DNA of 64,000 bases from a virus (IMGVR_UViG_3300025018_000143:1-64000), one strand, 5' to 3'; positions 36,123 to 47,426 are shown, counted from the stretch's first letter. Notes: a model not told the origin generated them from the letters alone. A program made the numbers and translations.

Positions 36123-37910
36123 ATGGCAAATTACGATAGCAATAAGCAAGCACATGAGCTTGTTATAGTAACTGAAACAATCACAGAGGATTCTTTATTC
36201 CTTTGTCAGGATGCTATAGGAAATCCTCTAGGAGTGGCAACTCCTGCATCAATTATCAAGACAGGATCAATTGATGATATACAGGATGGTACTGAATACA
36301 AAAAAATATCATTGATAACCAAAACAGGATATGATGAGCATTTAGTTGATGTAACAAATCCGCATTATGTAACAAAGGATCAAATTGGTCTTTCTAATGT
36401 GGATAATACTGCTGATTTGGATAAGCCAATAAGCACTGATGTTGGTAGTGCCTTGAATATTCTTACCATTCAGACAAACAGAATTACTCCTATAGAAAAT
36501 GAGCTTGATTCTCATATAGGAAATATATCGAATCCACATACAGTATCAAAAGACCAAGTTGGACTTTCTAATGTGGATAATACTTCTGATTTGAATAAGC
36601 CAATAAGCACAGCTACACAAAGTGCTCTCGACACCAAAGCTAATGGTACAGGTACTGCATATGGATCCAATACCGGCGACCAAATAATTCCAACAACGTT
36701 GCCTGCTTCTGATGTATATGCCTGGGCTAAGCTCCCAGAGCCGCCAGATGCCACTATTCAATTTTATGATTATGATAATAGAAATGATGCTCGGGCATTT
36801 GAACCTCTATCCGAAAATGTAATAATATCAATAGAGAGTTTAGGAGTTTTTTCTTGGAATGAAGGGAGTACAGAATTAGATGATGATGAAAGCTGTTTTC
36901 TCACTGCTAATGGCGCATGGTTATTACAAGCAGCACATTGGGATTTAATTGATGCATGGCATGCAGATGAATTTGATATTAATGCAAAAGAAGTAATTCG
37001 CCTTGAATCTGAAATTAACAGTCTTGAAAGTGAATTAAGCACTTCAAATAGTTATATTGGCAATTTAATTAAATTAGTTGATAATGAAAATAATATACTC
37101 AAAGCATCATTCACAAATACAGTTACTAGTGTTGCTGCGGATTCCTTAATCACTCTTAATGTCACAGTTACTGGCGCTGTTGTTGGCGATACTGTTATTA
37201 TAACACCATCTGGGACAAGCCCATTTGGTAGTGATATTGGTGATGTATATGGTTTTGTTTCAGTAATTGATAACGTTGCAGTTACATTTATAGGGTCAGA
37301 TACAAATATTAGCTATTTCCCAGCTGGGACGTGGCAAATATATGTGATAAAGGATATTTTGGATATTAACCCTAATCACATCAAAACAACATTTTCAAAT
37401 ACTGTAGGAGCAGTTAGTCCCTTACAGAGATGGACAGTGAAAGTATCAGTGCCCGGTGCAAGTGTAAATGACACAGTTACACTTACAAGGAGTGGCCTCG
37501 GAGGAGGCAACCGCGATGGCGATGTATATGGTTTTGTTTCAGCAACTGATGAAGTAACCGTTGTATATACTGGTCGGGTCATCGACCAGGGCTCTTTTTC
37601 AACTGGTTCTTGGCCAATATGTATTATACAAAATAAATTTAAAGAATTAAATAATATAGAGATATTATTTAGGAGTACTATAACTGTAGTTAGTTCAAAC
37701 CTTTGGGTAAAAGAGAAAGTATCAGTGCCCGGTGCAAGTGTAAATGACACAGTTATAATTACAAGAAATGGGCTGCCAGTATCAATGATAGAAGGGGACG
37801 TATATGGTTTTGTTTCAGCAACCGATGAAGTAACCGTTGTATATACTGGTCGAGACAACCAGGCCAGTTACTTCGCTGCTGGAATATGGACAATATGTGT
37901 TATAAAATAA
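36123..37910 (+). CDS. Tail fibre/receptor-binding protein with internal repeats
   Basis: NPH.V.KDQ.GLSNVDNT.DL.KPIST x2; three C-terminal ~90-aa beta-rich repeats. Confidence 0.7.
   Translation: MANYDSNKQAHELVIVTETITEDSLFLCQDAIGNPLGVATPASIIKTGSIDDIQDGTEYKKISLITKTGYDEHLVDVTNPHYVTKDQIGLSNVDNTADLDKPISTDVGSALNILTIQTNRITPIENELDSHIGNISNPHTVSKDQVGLSNVDNTSDLNKPISTATQSALDTKANGTGTAYGSNTGDQIIPTTLPASDVYAWAKLPEPPDATIQFYDYDNRNDARAFEPLSENVIISIESLGVFSWNEGSTELDDDESCFLTANGAWLLQAAHWDLIDAWHADEFDINAKEVIRLESEINSLESELSTSNSYIGNLIKLVDNENNILKASFTNTVTSVAADSLITLNVTVTGAVVGDTVIITPSGTSPFGSDIGDVYGFVSVIDNVAVTFIGSDTNISYFPAGTWQIYVIKDILDINPNHIKTTFSNTVGAVSPLQRWTVKVSVPGASVNDTVTLTRSGLGGGNRDGDVYGFVSATDEVTVVYTGRVIDQGSFSTGSWPICIIQNKFKELNNIEILFRSTITVVSSNLWVKEKVSVPGASVNDTVIITRNGLPVSMIEGDVYGFVSATDEVTVVYTGRDNQASYFAAGIWTICVIK
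37380..37910 (+). repeat. Tandem duplicated fibre domains with near-identical DNA frameworks
   Basis: AAAGTATCAGTGCCCGGTGCAAGTGTAAATGACACAGTTA and GTATATGGTTTTGTTTCAGCAAC(T/C)GATGAAGTAACCGTTGTATATACTGGTCG each occur twice. Confidence 0.9.
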
Positions 37911-37928
37911 TATAAAAAGGAAATAAAA

Positions 37929-38843
37929 ATGCCATCAGTACATACAATGAGGCTATTACGCAGCCTAGAAAAAAGCCAATTGACAAGCGGCGAATTAGAA
38001 ACATATCTAAATTCAAGCATAGGTAATCTTTCTGAATTTAATATATTATTGTCATTACAAGCGCAAGCACAAAGAATTGCAGCTGCGGAATCAACTCTCA
38101 CTACAATTCTTGGTTCCGCTACTGCATCCAAATTGTTATTGAATAACCCAGTGTCATATGAAAAATTATTAACAGGATTCTCAGCATTTGGTGAGGCTAC
38201 TGCATCAACGGATTTTGTAACATATATTCTAGCCAATCGAGGCGATTTTGACATAAATACTCTTTTTGAGGATATATGTCAAACAAATGACAAATCCTTA
38301 ATTGCTCCTTTTCTTGCATCTTCTGAGTTTGTTACAACAGGGACTTCATTAAATCCAATTGGATTCTTTTATACTATATGGTCAGATGATAATTGCATTA
38401 CATCATTAGGTACCAGCGAAGCGTCTAAAGATGTATTAATAAATTATGCCACTGCCCAATTAGCTGCTGATACAACTACTACATATACAACTATGAATAA
38501 ATATTTGGAGCCTGCAAGCAATACATTTGTCGCCCAAGGCACAGAAGACAAATTTTTGGTATGCGCGATGGGATCTGAACAATATAATAACGCCACGTAT
38601 ACATTTACTGTTAATTCAGCAAGTAAAAGAGAAGGCTCAAATATTGAAATGTCTTATATCACTAGCACATTAGCTCAAACAGCTAATGTGCTAGTGATAT
38701 TAAACACAATGAAATCGAGATATCTAGCTGATGCCAGCTGTAAGAATATACTACCTTTACAATATCCAGTATCAGGTATACACACGCCGGGCGTTTTAGC
38801 ATGGGAACAATTATTATACATACCAATAACAGAACCTATTTAA
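37929..38843 (+). CDS. Hypothetical tail-associated protein
   Basis: AAGGA RBS; within the baseplate/fibre operon. Confidence 0.6.
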   Translation: MPSVHTMRLLRSLEKSQLTSGELETYLNSSIGNLSEFNILLSLQAQAQRIAAAESTLTTILGSATASKLLLNNPVSYEKLLTGFSAFGEATASTDFVTYILANRGDFDINTLFEDICQTNDKSLIAPFLASSEFVTTGTSLNPIGFFYTIWSDDNCITSLGTSEASKDVLINYATAQLAADTTTTYTTMNKYLEPASNTFVAQGTEDKFLVCAMGSEQYNNATYTFTVNSASKREGSNIEMSYITSTLAQTANVLVILNTMKSRYLADASCKNILPLQYPVSGIHTPGVLAWEQLLYIPITEPI

Positions 38844-38864
38844 CATTTATAATAAAGGAATAAT

Positions 38865-39248
38865 ATGAAATTATTAATTAGAGAAAATAAAATTATCGGC
38901 AGCGCTACTGATGCATACACTGGTCCCGAAGAATTCATTACAGCGCCAGAAGGAATGGATGTTTCTAAATTGAGTGAATACGTCCTTAAGGATGGCGCAG
39001 TTGAGAGAGTGTATACAGTAACAATGCGACAGGCAAGGCTAGCTCTCCTACAATCTGGATTGCTGCCTACTATTGAAACAGCAATTGATTCAATGACAGA
39101 TGAGGCACAAAAAGCCGCGATAAAAATAGAATGGGAATATGCAATGGATGTCAAGAGTGATTGGCCATGGGTTGTTACAATTACTGAAGGCCTTGGAATG
39201 ACCAAAACAGATGTTGCCAATCTTTTTGAATTAGCTTCATCCTTATAA
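38865..39248 (+). CDS. Tail fibre assembly chaperone-like protein
   Basis: VTMRQARLALL..GLL...IEWEYA...LF..A motif typical of genes that follow fibres. Confidence 0.65.
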   Translation: MKLLIRENKIIGSATDAYTGPEEFITAPEGMDVSKLSEYVLKDGAVERVYTVTMRQARLALLQSGLLPTIETAIDSMTDEAQKAAIKIEWEYAMDVKSDWPWVVTITEGLGMTKTDVANLFELASSL

Positions 39249-39257
39249 AGGAATAAA

Positions 39258-40571
39258 ATGTCTGCAACCATAACAACCAGTTCAAGAGTTAATGCTGCTA
39301 TTGTAGCACTGCAGGATTTCGCTGACTCGGATGTATACTTTTTTGCTGGGAGAAATGAAGTCTGGGATGATGAAGGTGTCCCTGATGTTGCTTTAAATTC
39401 TCCTAGTGAAATACGAAAAGTAAAACGATCCAATGTATTCATCAAAAATATATCCGATGAGAGAGCTGCCACTGGGCTGAAAAGATATGACTGGGAAGAA
39501 AATGTGATTTATACGCCATGGGATGATTCATTTGATATAAATGACTTCAATGAATGGCTAAGTCCTACCCAACCATTCTATGTCTTTGTCATTGATTCTA
39601 CTCCTTCTGGTCCACAATATAATGTTTATATGTGCATTGATAATAATTTTGGTTCTGCTTCTGTAAATAAACCTGTGGGGCAGGATCTTAATATTGTATC
39701 ATACCAGGATGGTTATAAATGGAAATTCATGTATAATATACCATCCGATTATATTACATTTATAAGTGAATCATTTATTCCGTGTCCATATAAAACTGAG
39801 GACAAATCCGATCAACATATAGCAGTGGAAGCAAATGCGATACCCGGGACGATTGAAAGATTTGTTATAGAAAATCCTGGGAGTGGGTACACAACCGCCA
39901 CAATAACAATATATGGTGATGGTACTGGTGCTTTTGCATCTCCAGTAATTGATGCAGAAGGATTGGTTACAAGTTTTATTTTATCCTCATCTGGCACAAA
40001 TTATTCATATGCAGATGTTGTTATATCAGGCGATGGTGCTGATGCTGTTTTCCGTGCTGTTGTGTCTCCATTGGAAGGACATGGTAGTAATGTAAATGTT
40101 CAATTAGGCGCTAATTTTGCATTATTCAAAGGTAGCTTAATAACAGATGAAGCAGGAGTATTTCCTAGTACTGTCAATTATAGACGCATTGGATTAATAA
40201 AAAACATGCAGAATAAATCCAATGTTCTATTAACTGGAGATCGGTATGATTTGACTGATCAAATTGAAGTATCCAATATAATAGGGTCTTTCTTATATTC
40301 TGAAAGAGTTGTAGGTAATGTTTCTGGAGCTACTGCTGTTTTATATAATATTTCAAGCAGCGTTTTTTATGTGTCAGACCGTAGAGGAACTTTTTTAGTA
40401 GGAGAAGCAATTCATACAGCCTCAGATCCTAGTGTTATCGCCACAGTAACAGGAATTACTCTCAATAATATAAATCTTAATAAAGGTGATATTCTGTATT
40501 ATGAAAATTTTCAGCCAATGACAAGAAGGGCTGGTCAATCCGAATCATTCATTTTTAGTATAGAATTCTAA
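39258..40571 (+). CDS. gp8: Baseplate wedge subunit
   Basis: RYDW, VYMCIDN, DGYKWKFMY, GHG, YRRIGLIKN, GDILYYEN. Confidence 0.85.
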   Translation: MSATITTSSRVNAAIVALQDFADSDVYFFAGRNEVWDDEGVPDVALNSPSEIRKVKRSNVFIKNISDERAATGLKRYDWEENVIYTPWDDSFDINDFNEWLSPTQPFYVFVIDSTPSGPQYNVYMCIDNNFGSASVNKPVGQDLNIVSYQDGYKWKFMYNIPSDYITFISESFIPCPYKTEDKSDQHIAVEANAIPGTIERFVIENPGSGYTTATITIYGDGTGAFASPVIDAEGLVTSFILSSSGTNYSYADVVISGDGADAVFRAVVSPLEGHGSNVNVQLGANFALFKGSLITDEAGVFPSTVNYRRIGLIKNMQNKSNVLLTGDRYDLTDQIEVSNIIGSFLYSERVVGNVSGATAVLYNISSSVFYVSDRRGTFLVGEAIHTASDPSVIATVTGITLNNINLNKGDILYYENFQPMTRRAGQSESFIFSIEF

Positions 40572-40581
40572 AGGAAAACAT

Positions 40582-41283
40582 ATGTCTGGGTTTGCATCAT
40601 ACATTTATAGCAGCAAAGATTATGGTTGGATTGATGATGGTGATATTTCTGATGATGATGATATAGGACTTCTTGATTTTGAAGATGAAGAAGCCCCTAT
40701 AGGCTTAATTTTATCAGCTTCTAAAAATAATGTCGCTCCAGTCACTATAGGACTTTGTATAAGATCAAGTGAAGAATGTACCATAGAGAATAGAATCTAT
40801 ACTGGTTTATTGATATCAAAAAATTCCATAATGCCTTGTGAAACATTGAATGGTCCTGTTGATGATAATGAATATATTAGACTTGAAGGTGGAGATACTT
40901 CAAACAATAAATCAGGCGGCATACGATTTGGTCTAGGATATTTTGCATATGGTATTTCAACTTCAGAAAGTAATTTTCATAGTGATTGTGCTATACTATT
41001 AGGGGAAAGCCAGAAAATAGTCGTAGGATCAGGGCCAGAAGATGATACATACATAAGATTTTCAAGAGCCAGTGAATATTTAAATATACAAGGTATTAAT
41101 TCAATAAGGATTAATGGTTTGCAGGTACTTCATGAAAGAATATCTGGATGGACCGCGCCTGCAGGAACTATATCAAGAGGTGGATTCAATATTGATGATC
41201 CTTTATTAACTGCTGCTGATGTTGGTAGTGCTGTGGGAGCATTAATAGCTGATCTAACCTCTCATGGATTAATAGGGGCATAA
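40582..41283 (+). CDS. Hypothetical fibre-like protein
   Basis: C-terminal GWTAP.GT..R..F...ALIADL..HGLIG motif seen in fibre proteins. Confidence 0.55.
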   Translation: MSGFASYIYSSKDYGWIDDGDISDDDDIGLLDFEDEEAPIGLILSASKNNVAPVTIGLCIRSSEECTIENRIYTGLLISKNSIMPCETLNGPVDDNEYIRLEGGDTSNNKSGGIRFGLGYFAYGISTSESNFHSDCAILLGESQKIVVGSGPEDDTYIRFSRASEYLNIQGINSIRINGLQVLHERISGWTAPAGTISRGGFNIDDPLLTAADVGSAVGALIADLTSHGLIGA

Positions 41284-41284
41284 T

Positions 41285-41458
41285 ATGAAAATAGAATTAA
41301 ATGAAAAGCAATTGAAGGTATTGAATGATGCTTTAATAGAGCTTCCTTTTAAAATAGCTGCGCCAATAATTAATCATATAAACAATGAAATAAATAAGAA
41401 TATTGAATTATCAAATACAATTAAAAAAAGTAATGATGAACCATTGATAAATACATGA
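41285..41458 (+). CDS. Small hypothetical protein (not in ORF track)
   Basis: MKIELNEKQLKVLNDALIELPFKIAAPII... Confidence 0.55.
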   Translation: MKIELNEKQLKVLNDALIELPFKIAAPIINHINNEINKNIELSNTIKKSNDEPLINT

Positions 41459-41507
41459 GGAAGTACTAAATTGAATTTACCCATTATCAAAGTAACAAAG
41501 GAATAAT

Positions 41508-44500
41508 ATGATATCTTTCAACCGCAGCCCATACTATGATGATTTCGAAGGATCAAAGAAATTTCATAGAATCCTATATAGGCCTTCCTATGCTGTACAA
41601 GCAAGAGAGCTTACCCAACAGCAAACAATTTTACAAGCACAAATTTCACGATTCGGGGAGCATATATTCAAAAACGGGTCCATGGTAATTCCTGGACATA
41701 TTATGTTTGATACAGAAGTCTTCTATGTGAAAATTAATGCTGCTTATAATGGATTTGAAGTTGATGAAACAGCTTTTATTGGTTCTATTATAGAAGGGGT
41801 TACCTCTGGCGCAAAAGCTGAAGTAATGCTTTCTTCTGGTGTTGAAGGAACTGATCCTAAGACTTTGTATATCAAGTATACTGACTCTGGGCCTCTTAAT
41901 GCTCTTTCATTCCTGGATGGTGAAGTTCTTCAAATAGTAGCTAATACAAATGTCAAATGTGAAGTCCGAGGGACTTTTGATGGCACTTCAACATTGAATA
42001 TTGGTGATAGCTGTATAGCATCTATTCAAGAAGGTATTTACTTCATTAATGGATATTTCGTTATAGTTGACACCCAATCGATTGTTGCTAGTAAGTACAC
42101 AAACAACCCCTCATTGAAGATTGGACTCCAGCTATACGAGTACATTGTTACAGCCGAAGATGATGCGTCATTGAGAGATAATGCACAAGGATCGTATAAT
42201 TACGCTGCTCCCGGTGCTGATAGATATAAACTTGATCTTAAACTTGAAACTGCAGGCATTGATGATATACTGAATGATGATTTTATTGAAATACAAAGAA
42301 TAGATGCTGGGTACATTGTTAATGAAGTACGTGACCCAGAATACAATGAACTGGAAAAAACATTAGCAAGACGGACATATGATGAGTCAGGTGATTATAC
42401 CGTTAGAAAATATAATCTTAATATCAAAGAGCATCTCCTAGATCCTCTTATCCCTAGATTGAAAAATGGTAGATATCTTGCGATAGAAGGCGGCGATGAA
42501 TCAAAAATTGCTATTGGTGTTGAACCAGGGAAATCATATGTACGTGGGTTTGAGCGATCAAATATTGCTACTACATGGGTTCCTTCTAATAAAGCGAGAA
42601 CTACCTCAGCAAATAACAATAGTGTAACAAATTGCAATATTGGTCAATTTATTTATATTCAACAGCTTCATAAATTCCCAGATATTGCTAAATATGCAAC
42701 CATTAAATTATATGATGTTGCTGGGAGCGATGGTGTATTATCAAGTGTAAATAATTTAATAGGTACTGCAAGGGTTCGTGGGATTCAACTAGTTGAATCC
42801 GATGCTACTCCTTCGCTTTCTGTATATAAATTATTCTTATTCGATATTGCTATTAATACAGGAAGAGCTTGGTCTGAAGTTCTTTGGATTGAATCACAAG
42901 ATACTGATCTTATTTTCACAGCAAGCACTGACATTGATATATCCAGCGCATATTATGATTATGCATTCTCGATTCAACAACCAGCAAATAAAACCTCAGT
43001 ATTTCATTTACCTCATCAATACATAAAAACATTGAAAATTGATGGTGTGTCTGATACCACATATACTGTACAGAGAACATATACTAATAAAAGTTCCAAT
43101 GCTGGTGTTATTGCTATTTCAGCAGGATCCAATCAATTATTTGATACATACAATGGATCAAATTATGTTGTAATGAATATTAACGGAACTACTGCTAATA
43201 ATTCATTTGTTCCTATATCAAGTGTCACATTAGTTGCTGGTGGAGCTTCTGTTGAAATTAATCTTGGAGCGTATCCTGATAGTGATTTCAGGGTGATATT
43301 GCCTGTAATTAAAACTGTTGCTGTAGAAAAAACAAAAACAAAACAAACAGCTGTTTTTGATATTGTAGGCGCAGATATAAATTTAATACCAAGTGGATAT
43401 AATGTTCTGAATAAAGCTGATGGTTATAGATTAGTTTCTGTAATGCTGAATTCAGTTACTGATATTACCAATCGGTATGAATTTGATTCTGGACAGAGAG
43501 AAGCTTTTTATGATCTAGCAAGAATTCGTTTACGTAATGATGCAGCTCCTGTAAAAAGTACAGATACATTAACCGTAACATATGAGTATTTTTCACATGG
43601 TGCTGGTGATTATAGTTCTGTAGATTCTTATTCAACTTTGGATTATAGTGAAATTCCTTTCTTCTTTTCAGAATCTGGAGTTTTTGCATTATCGGATTGT
43701 GTTGATTTTAGACCTGTTGCTAATTCTTCTGGTGGGTGGGATACAAGTAATGAATTACCGATACCGCTATCAAATTTTAGATCGGATTATGAATATTATC
43801 TTGGAAGAATAGATAAACTAGTTATTGATTATACTGGCATATTTAATGTTATTGAAGGTCAACCTTCATCTTCTCCAAAGCCGCCGAAATCTCCTGATAA
43901 TGCTATGCTATTATTTGAGATTACAATGAATCCATATGGTGTTTCTGTTGCTGATATAAAACCGAAGTTTATTGAAAATAAACGATATACAATGAGGGAT
44001 ATTGGTAGCCTTGAGAAAAGAATAGGAAATCTTGAATATTATACAGCTCTTTCTCTTCTTGAGAGAGAAACTGCTGAATTTCAAATAAAAGATGAAAATG
44101 GTTTGGATAGATTTAAGAATGGTTTTATTGTAGAACCATTCAATAGTCATGCTCTAGGTGATTCAACAAGTATTGATTATAAATGTTCAATTGATCAAAC
44201 TGAAGAAAAAATGAGACCTACTTTTTCTTCTGACTCTATAGATTTGGAATTTGATCCTGATCTTTCAGTTAATGTTGTTCGTAATGGGAATCTTGTTACA
44301 TTGCCATTTACTAGCGTTGCGCTTATTTCACAAACGTTAAATTCTACCTCAGAGAACATAAACCCATTTGCAGTAAGATCATTTCGGGGTGTAATGGATT
44401 TCAATCCTGATTCTGATAACTGGTATGATACATCTAAAAATGGTACTATCATTGTTAATGATGATGAAAATATGGCTGCTTTACAACAAATAGCAGACCA

Positions 44501-47411
44501 AGCAAACCTTAATGGTATAACATGGAATGATTGGGAAACCACATGGACTGGTGTAGAATACTCACATCGATATGGATGGAATAGATATCTTGGCTTAGAT
44601 GGTGCCGGCGGACCTAGTTGGTACGGCAATGTCAGATACCCTTATAATAATAACCTTAATGGCTGGTATAATGGCGATTATTACGGCGGTGTCGACGGCT
44701 GGTACAGCGACAATTATTATGATCGTGGGTTTAATAATTATAATGATATAACATGGAATAATTATTGGTATCAGACACACGGATGGTCCAGGAACTGGCT
44801 TGCTACCACTGTTTCAAGCCAAGAAAGAACTGGTCTCCAGACTACAAGCACTGTAAATATTTCAGAGCGTGATATCGGTGATCGTGTTGTTAGTATGAAC
44901 TATATCCCTTATATGAGAAGTATAGCAATACTAATCAAAGTAGAAAATATGAAACCTAATACGATCATATACCCTTTCTTTGATGATATCGATGTTGCTC
45001 CATATTGTATTCAAGCTTCTAGGGTGGCTATATCATCTAAAGTAGGTGATTTTCTCACAAACAATAAATCTGAGGAATATGTAACATCATCTGGTGGTGG
45101 GAATGCTAAAATTGTATTCCAGAGTCCTTCTGAATTGGCTTTTGTGGAATGGGATGGTATAGGATTTGCTTCAGGACAAACTGTTATTGGAAGCACTTCT
45201 GGAAGCACTGCAGTGTTGGCTGCTAATCTTGTGTTGAATTCTGCAAGCGGTCCATTTACTACTGATGCATTAGGTAGAGTTGCTATGATGTTTCGTATAC
45301 CTAGTAATGATACTTTAAAATTCAGAACAGGCGACAGAACATTTTTACTTACTGATCAAATAAATAATACCCAATACAACCAAACAGTAAGCCAAGGTAT
45401 TTTCAAGAGTGAAGGTGTAATGAATATTACTGAAGGTACTATTCTTTCTACTGCTACTCTTCAAACAACAACAAATACTGTTGAAGAAGAAAGAATTGTT
45501 AGAAACACTAATCTATTTGGTTGGGGTTGGAATAAACATGATAAAAGGGCAAGAAGATATAGTGCATCTGGCTGGCCATACAGTTATTGTTATGATGATC
45601 CTCTTGCTCAAACATTTCTCATTGAAGATGAAGGTGGTTGTTTTGTTACAAAATGTGATATTTACTTTAAGGATAAAGATTCTGAAAATAGACCTGTTAT
45701 TTTCCAGATTCGTGAAGTTGAGAATGGATATCCTTCTCAGGCAGTAGCACCATATTCTGAAGTCATAAAATATCCACATGAAATAACCACATCAACTGAT
45801 GGTTCTGTTGCTACAACCTTTGTTCTTAATTCACCTGTATATTTACAACAAGGCACTGAATATTGCTTTGTGTTGCTTACAGATTCATTTGATTATAATG
45901 TATGGATAGGTGAAGTAGGACAAACTGATATTATATCCAATAATTTGATTTCCAAGCAGCCTGCTACTGGTGTTTTATTCAAATCACAGAATGCAAGTAC
46001 ATGGACTGCTAATCAATTACAGGATATGAAATTCATTTTATATAAGGCTAGATTTGCTATTGAAACTGCTGAGGGTTCAGGCGTACCTAATTATGGTGAA
46101 ACAGTATTACATAACAAATCACTTTCTCCTGCATATATTGGATCAAATCCATTAGAGACATTTGAAGGCTCTAATCTTGTAAGAGTTAGACATTATTCTC
46201 ATGGATTCTCAAATGGAAGCACAGTAACATTATCAGGATTTGATGATTCTGAAGGATTGTTTAATAACATCCCTGCAAGTGAAATTAATGGTTCTCATAT
46301 TGTATACAGAGTTGAAATTGACTCCTATGTGATTCAAGTTTCAACTCTTGCGAATGATTCTGGTTTGGTGGGTGGTAATACTGGTTTGGCAACAAGAAAT
46401 GTACAATTGGATGTTTTTAGACCTAATATAACAGAAGTGATTGTTACTGGTGCTGGATCTTCTTGGTTTGTAAGAAGTACATCAGGTCAATCTGTTAATG
46501 GAAATCAAACACCTTATGTAAAGGAATCATCTTATTCATTAATAAATGTTACTGAAAATAATTTTTTTAATACAGCAAAAGTTATTGCTAGTGATGATAA
46601 TGAAAATATTTCAATGGCAGGTGAGAAGTCATTGGATGTGAAAAATGTAATTTTTAGTAATAACAGAAATATTTCACCTGTGCTTGATCTAGGCAGAGCT
46701 TCTTGTATTGCAGTAGGTAATAGAATTGATTATCCTTCTTATGATACTGCTAATAAAACTATAACAGTTACAGCAGGTAGTTATGAAGTTGTTGTGTCTC
46801 ATGTTGATCATGGAATTTCAACAGGGACATTTGTTGAAATATCAGCATCCACAACAATTGGTTCATTAACAGCAAGTGAGCTTTCTGGATTCTTTGGTAT
46901 TACAAGAATTGATGATGATTCATATAAATTTAAAGTGATTTCTAATACTACTCCAACAAATGGATCTGGTCTTGTCAGTGTAACATGGAGTACCTCACAT
47001 TATAAGAATATTCCAGAAAATGTTCCTGCAGGAAGCTCTGGTATAGCTAGGTATATAACAAGAAGAATAACATTGGAAGAGCCTGCTGTTGCAGTAAAGA
47101 TTATTATATCTGCTGTTGCAATGGATGAAGCTGAATTTGAGATTTGGTATAAAAAACAAAGTCCTTCAGATAATAATTTATTTGAAAATCTACCTTGGAC
47201 TAAATTAACTACTGATTCTTTTGTTGCATTGTCAAGTAATATTACTGATTATAGGGATTATGAGTACACAAAAGAATTCTTTATTGATGAACCAACAAAT
47301 AGTATCCCAGATGAGTATACATCTATTGCTTTTAAATTAGTAATGAAATCAACTAATTCAAATAGAGTTCCTATATTTGATAACCTCAGAGTAATTTGTT
47401 TAGGCACTTAA
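41508..47411 (+). CDS. Large virion structural protein (DUF4815/VrlC-like)
   Basis: SPYYDDF, VQARELTQ.Q, APGADRYK, RRTYDESGDY, NKRYTMRDIG.LE.RI, DPLAQTF. Confidence 0.85.
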   Translation: MISFNRSPYYDDFEGSKKFHRILYRPSYAVQARELTQQQTILQAQISRFGEHIFKNGSMVIPGHIMFDTEVFYVKINAAYNGFEVDETAFIGSIIEGVTSGAKAEVMLSSGVEGTDPKTLYIKYTDSGPLNALSFLDGEVLQIVANTNVKCEVRGTFDGTSTLNIGDSCIASIQEGIYFINGYFVIVDTQSIVASKYTNNPSLKIGLQLYEYIVTAEDDASLRDNAQGSYNYAAPGADRYKLDLKLETAGIDDILNDDFIEIQRIDAGYIVNEVRDPEYNELEKTLARRTYDESGDYTVRKYNLNIKEHLLDPLIPRLKNGRYLAIEGGDESKIAIGVEPGKSYVRGFERSNIATTWVPSNKARTTSANNNSVTNCNIGQFIYIQQLHKFPDIAKYATIKLYDVAGSDGVLSSVNNLIGTARVRGIQLVESDATPSLSVYKLFLFDIAINTGRAWSEVLWIESQDTDLIFTASTDIDISSAYYDYAFSIQQPANKTSVFHLPHQYIKTLKIDGVSDTTYTVQRTYTNKSSNAGVIAISAGSNQLFDTYNGSNYVVMNINGTTANNSFVPISSVTLVAGGASVEINLGAYPDSDFRVILPVIKTVAVEKTKTKQTAVFDIVGADINLIPSGYNVLNKADGYRLVSVMLNSVTDITNRYEFDSGQREAFYDLARIRLRNDAAPVKSTDTLTVTYEYFSHGAGDYSSVDSYSTLDYSEIPFFFSESGVFALSDCVDFRPVANSSGGWDTSNELPIPLSNFRSDYEYYLGRIDKLVIDYTGIFNVIEGQPSSSPKPPKSPDNAMLLFEITMNPYGVSVADIKPKFIENKRYTMRDIGSLEKRIGNLEYYTALSLLERETAEFQIKDENGLDRFKNGFIVEPFNSHALGDSTSIDYKCSIDQTEEKMRPTFSSDSIDLEFDPDLSVNVVRNGNLVTLPFTSVALISQTLNSTSENINPFAVRSFRGVMDFNPDSDNWYDTSKNGTIIVNDDENMAALQQIADQANLNGITWNDWETTWTGVEYSHRYGWNRYLGLDGAGGPSWYGNVRYPYNNNLNGWYNGDYYGGVDGWYSDNYYDRGFNNYNDITWNNYWYQTHGWSRNWLATTVSSQERTGLQTTSTVNISERDIGDRVVSMNYIPYMRSIAILIKVENMKPNTIIYPFFDDIDVAPYCIQASRVAISSKVGDFLTNNKSEEYVTSSGGGNAKIVFQSPSELAFVEWDGIGFASGQTVIGSTSGSTAVLAANLVLNSASGPFTTDALGRVAMMFRIPSNDTLKFRTGDRTFLLTDQINNTQYNQTVSQGIFKSEGVMNITEGTILSTATLQTTTNTVEEERIVRNTNLFGWGWNKHDKRARRYSASGWPYSYCYDDPLAQTFLIEDEGGCFVTKCDIYFKDKDSENRPVIFQIREVENGYPSQAVAPYSEVIKYPHEITTSTDGSVATTFVLNSPVYLQQGTEYCFVLLTDSFDYNVWIGEVGQTDIISNNLISKQPATGVLFKSQNASTWTANQLQDMKFILYKARFAIETAEGSGVPNYGETVLHNKSLSPAYIGSNPLETFEGSNLVRVRHYSHGFSNGSTVTLSGFDDSEGLFNNIPASEINGSHIVYRVEIDSYVIQVSTLANDSGLVGGNTGLATRNVQLDVFRPNITEVIVTGAGSSWFVRSTSGQSVNGNQTPYVKESSYSLINVTENNFFNTAKVIASDDNENISMAGEKSLDVKNVIFSNNRNISPVLDLGRASCIAVGNRIDYPSYDTANKTITVTAGSYEVVVSHVDHGISTGTFVEISASTTIGSLTASELSGFFGITRIDDDSYKFKVISNTTPTNGSGLVSVTWSTSHYKNIPENVPAGSSGIARYITRRITLEEPAVAVKIIISAVAMDEAEFEIWYKKQSPSDNNLFENLPWTKLTTDSFVALSSNITDYRDYEYTKEFFIDEPTNSIPDEYTSIAFKLVMKSTNSNRVPIFDNLRVICLGT

Positions 47412-47426
47412 TAATTAGGAGATACA

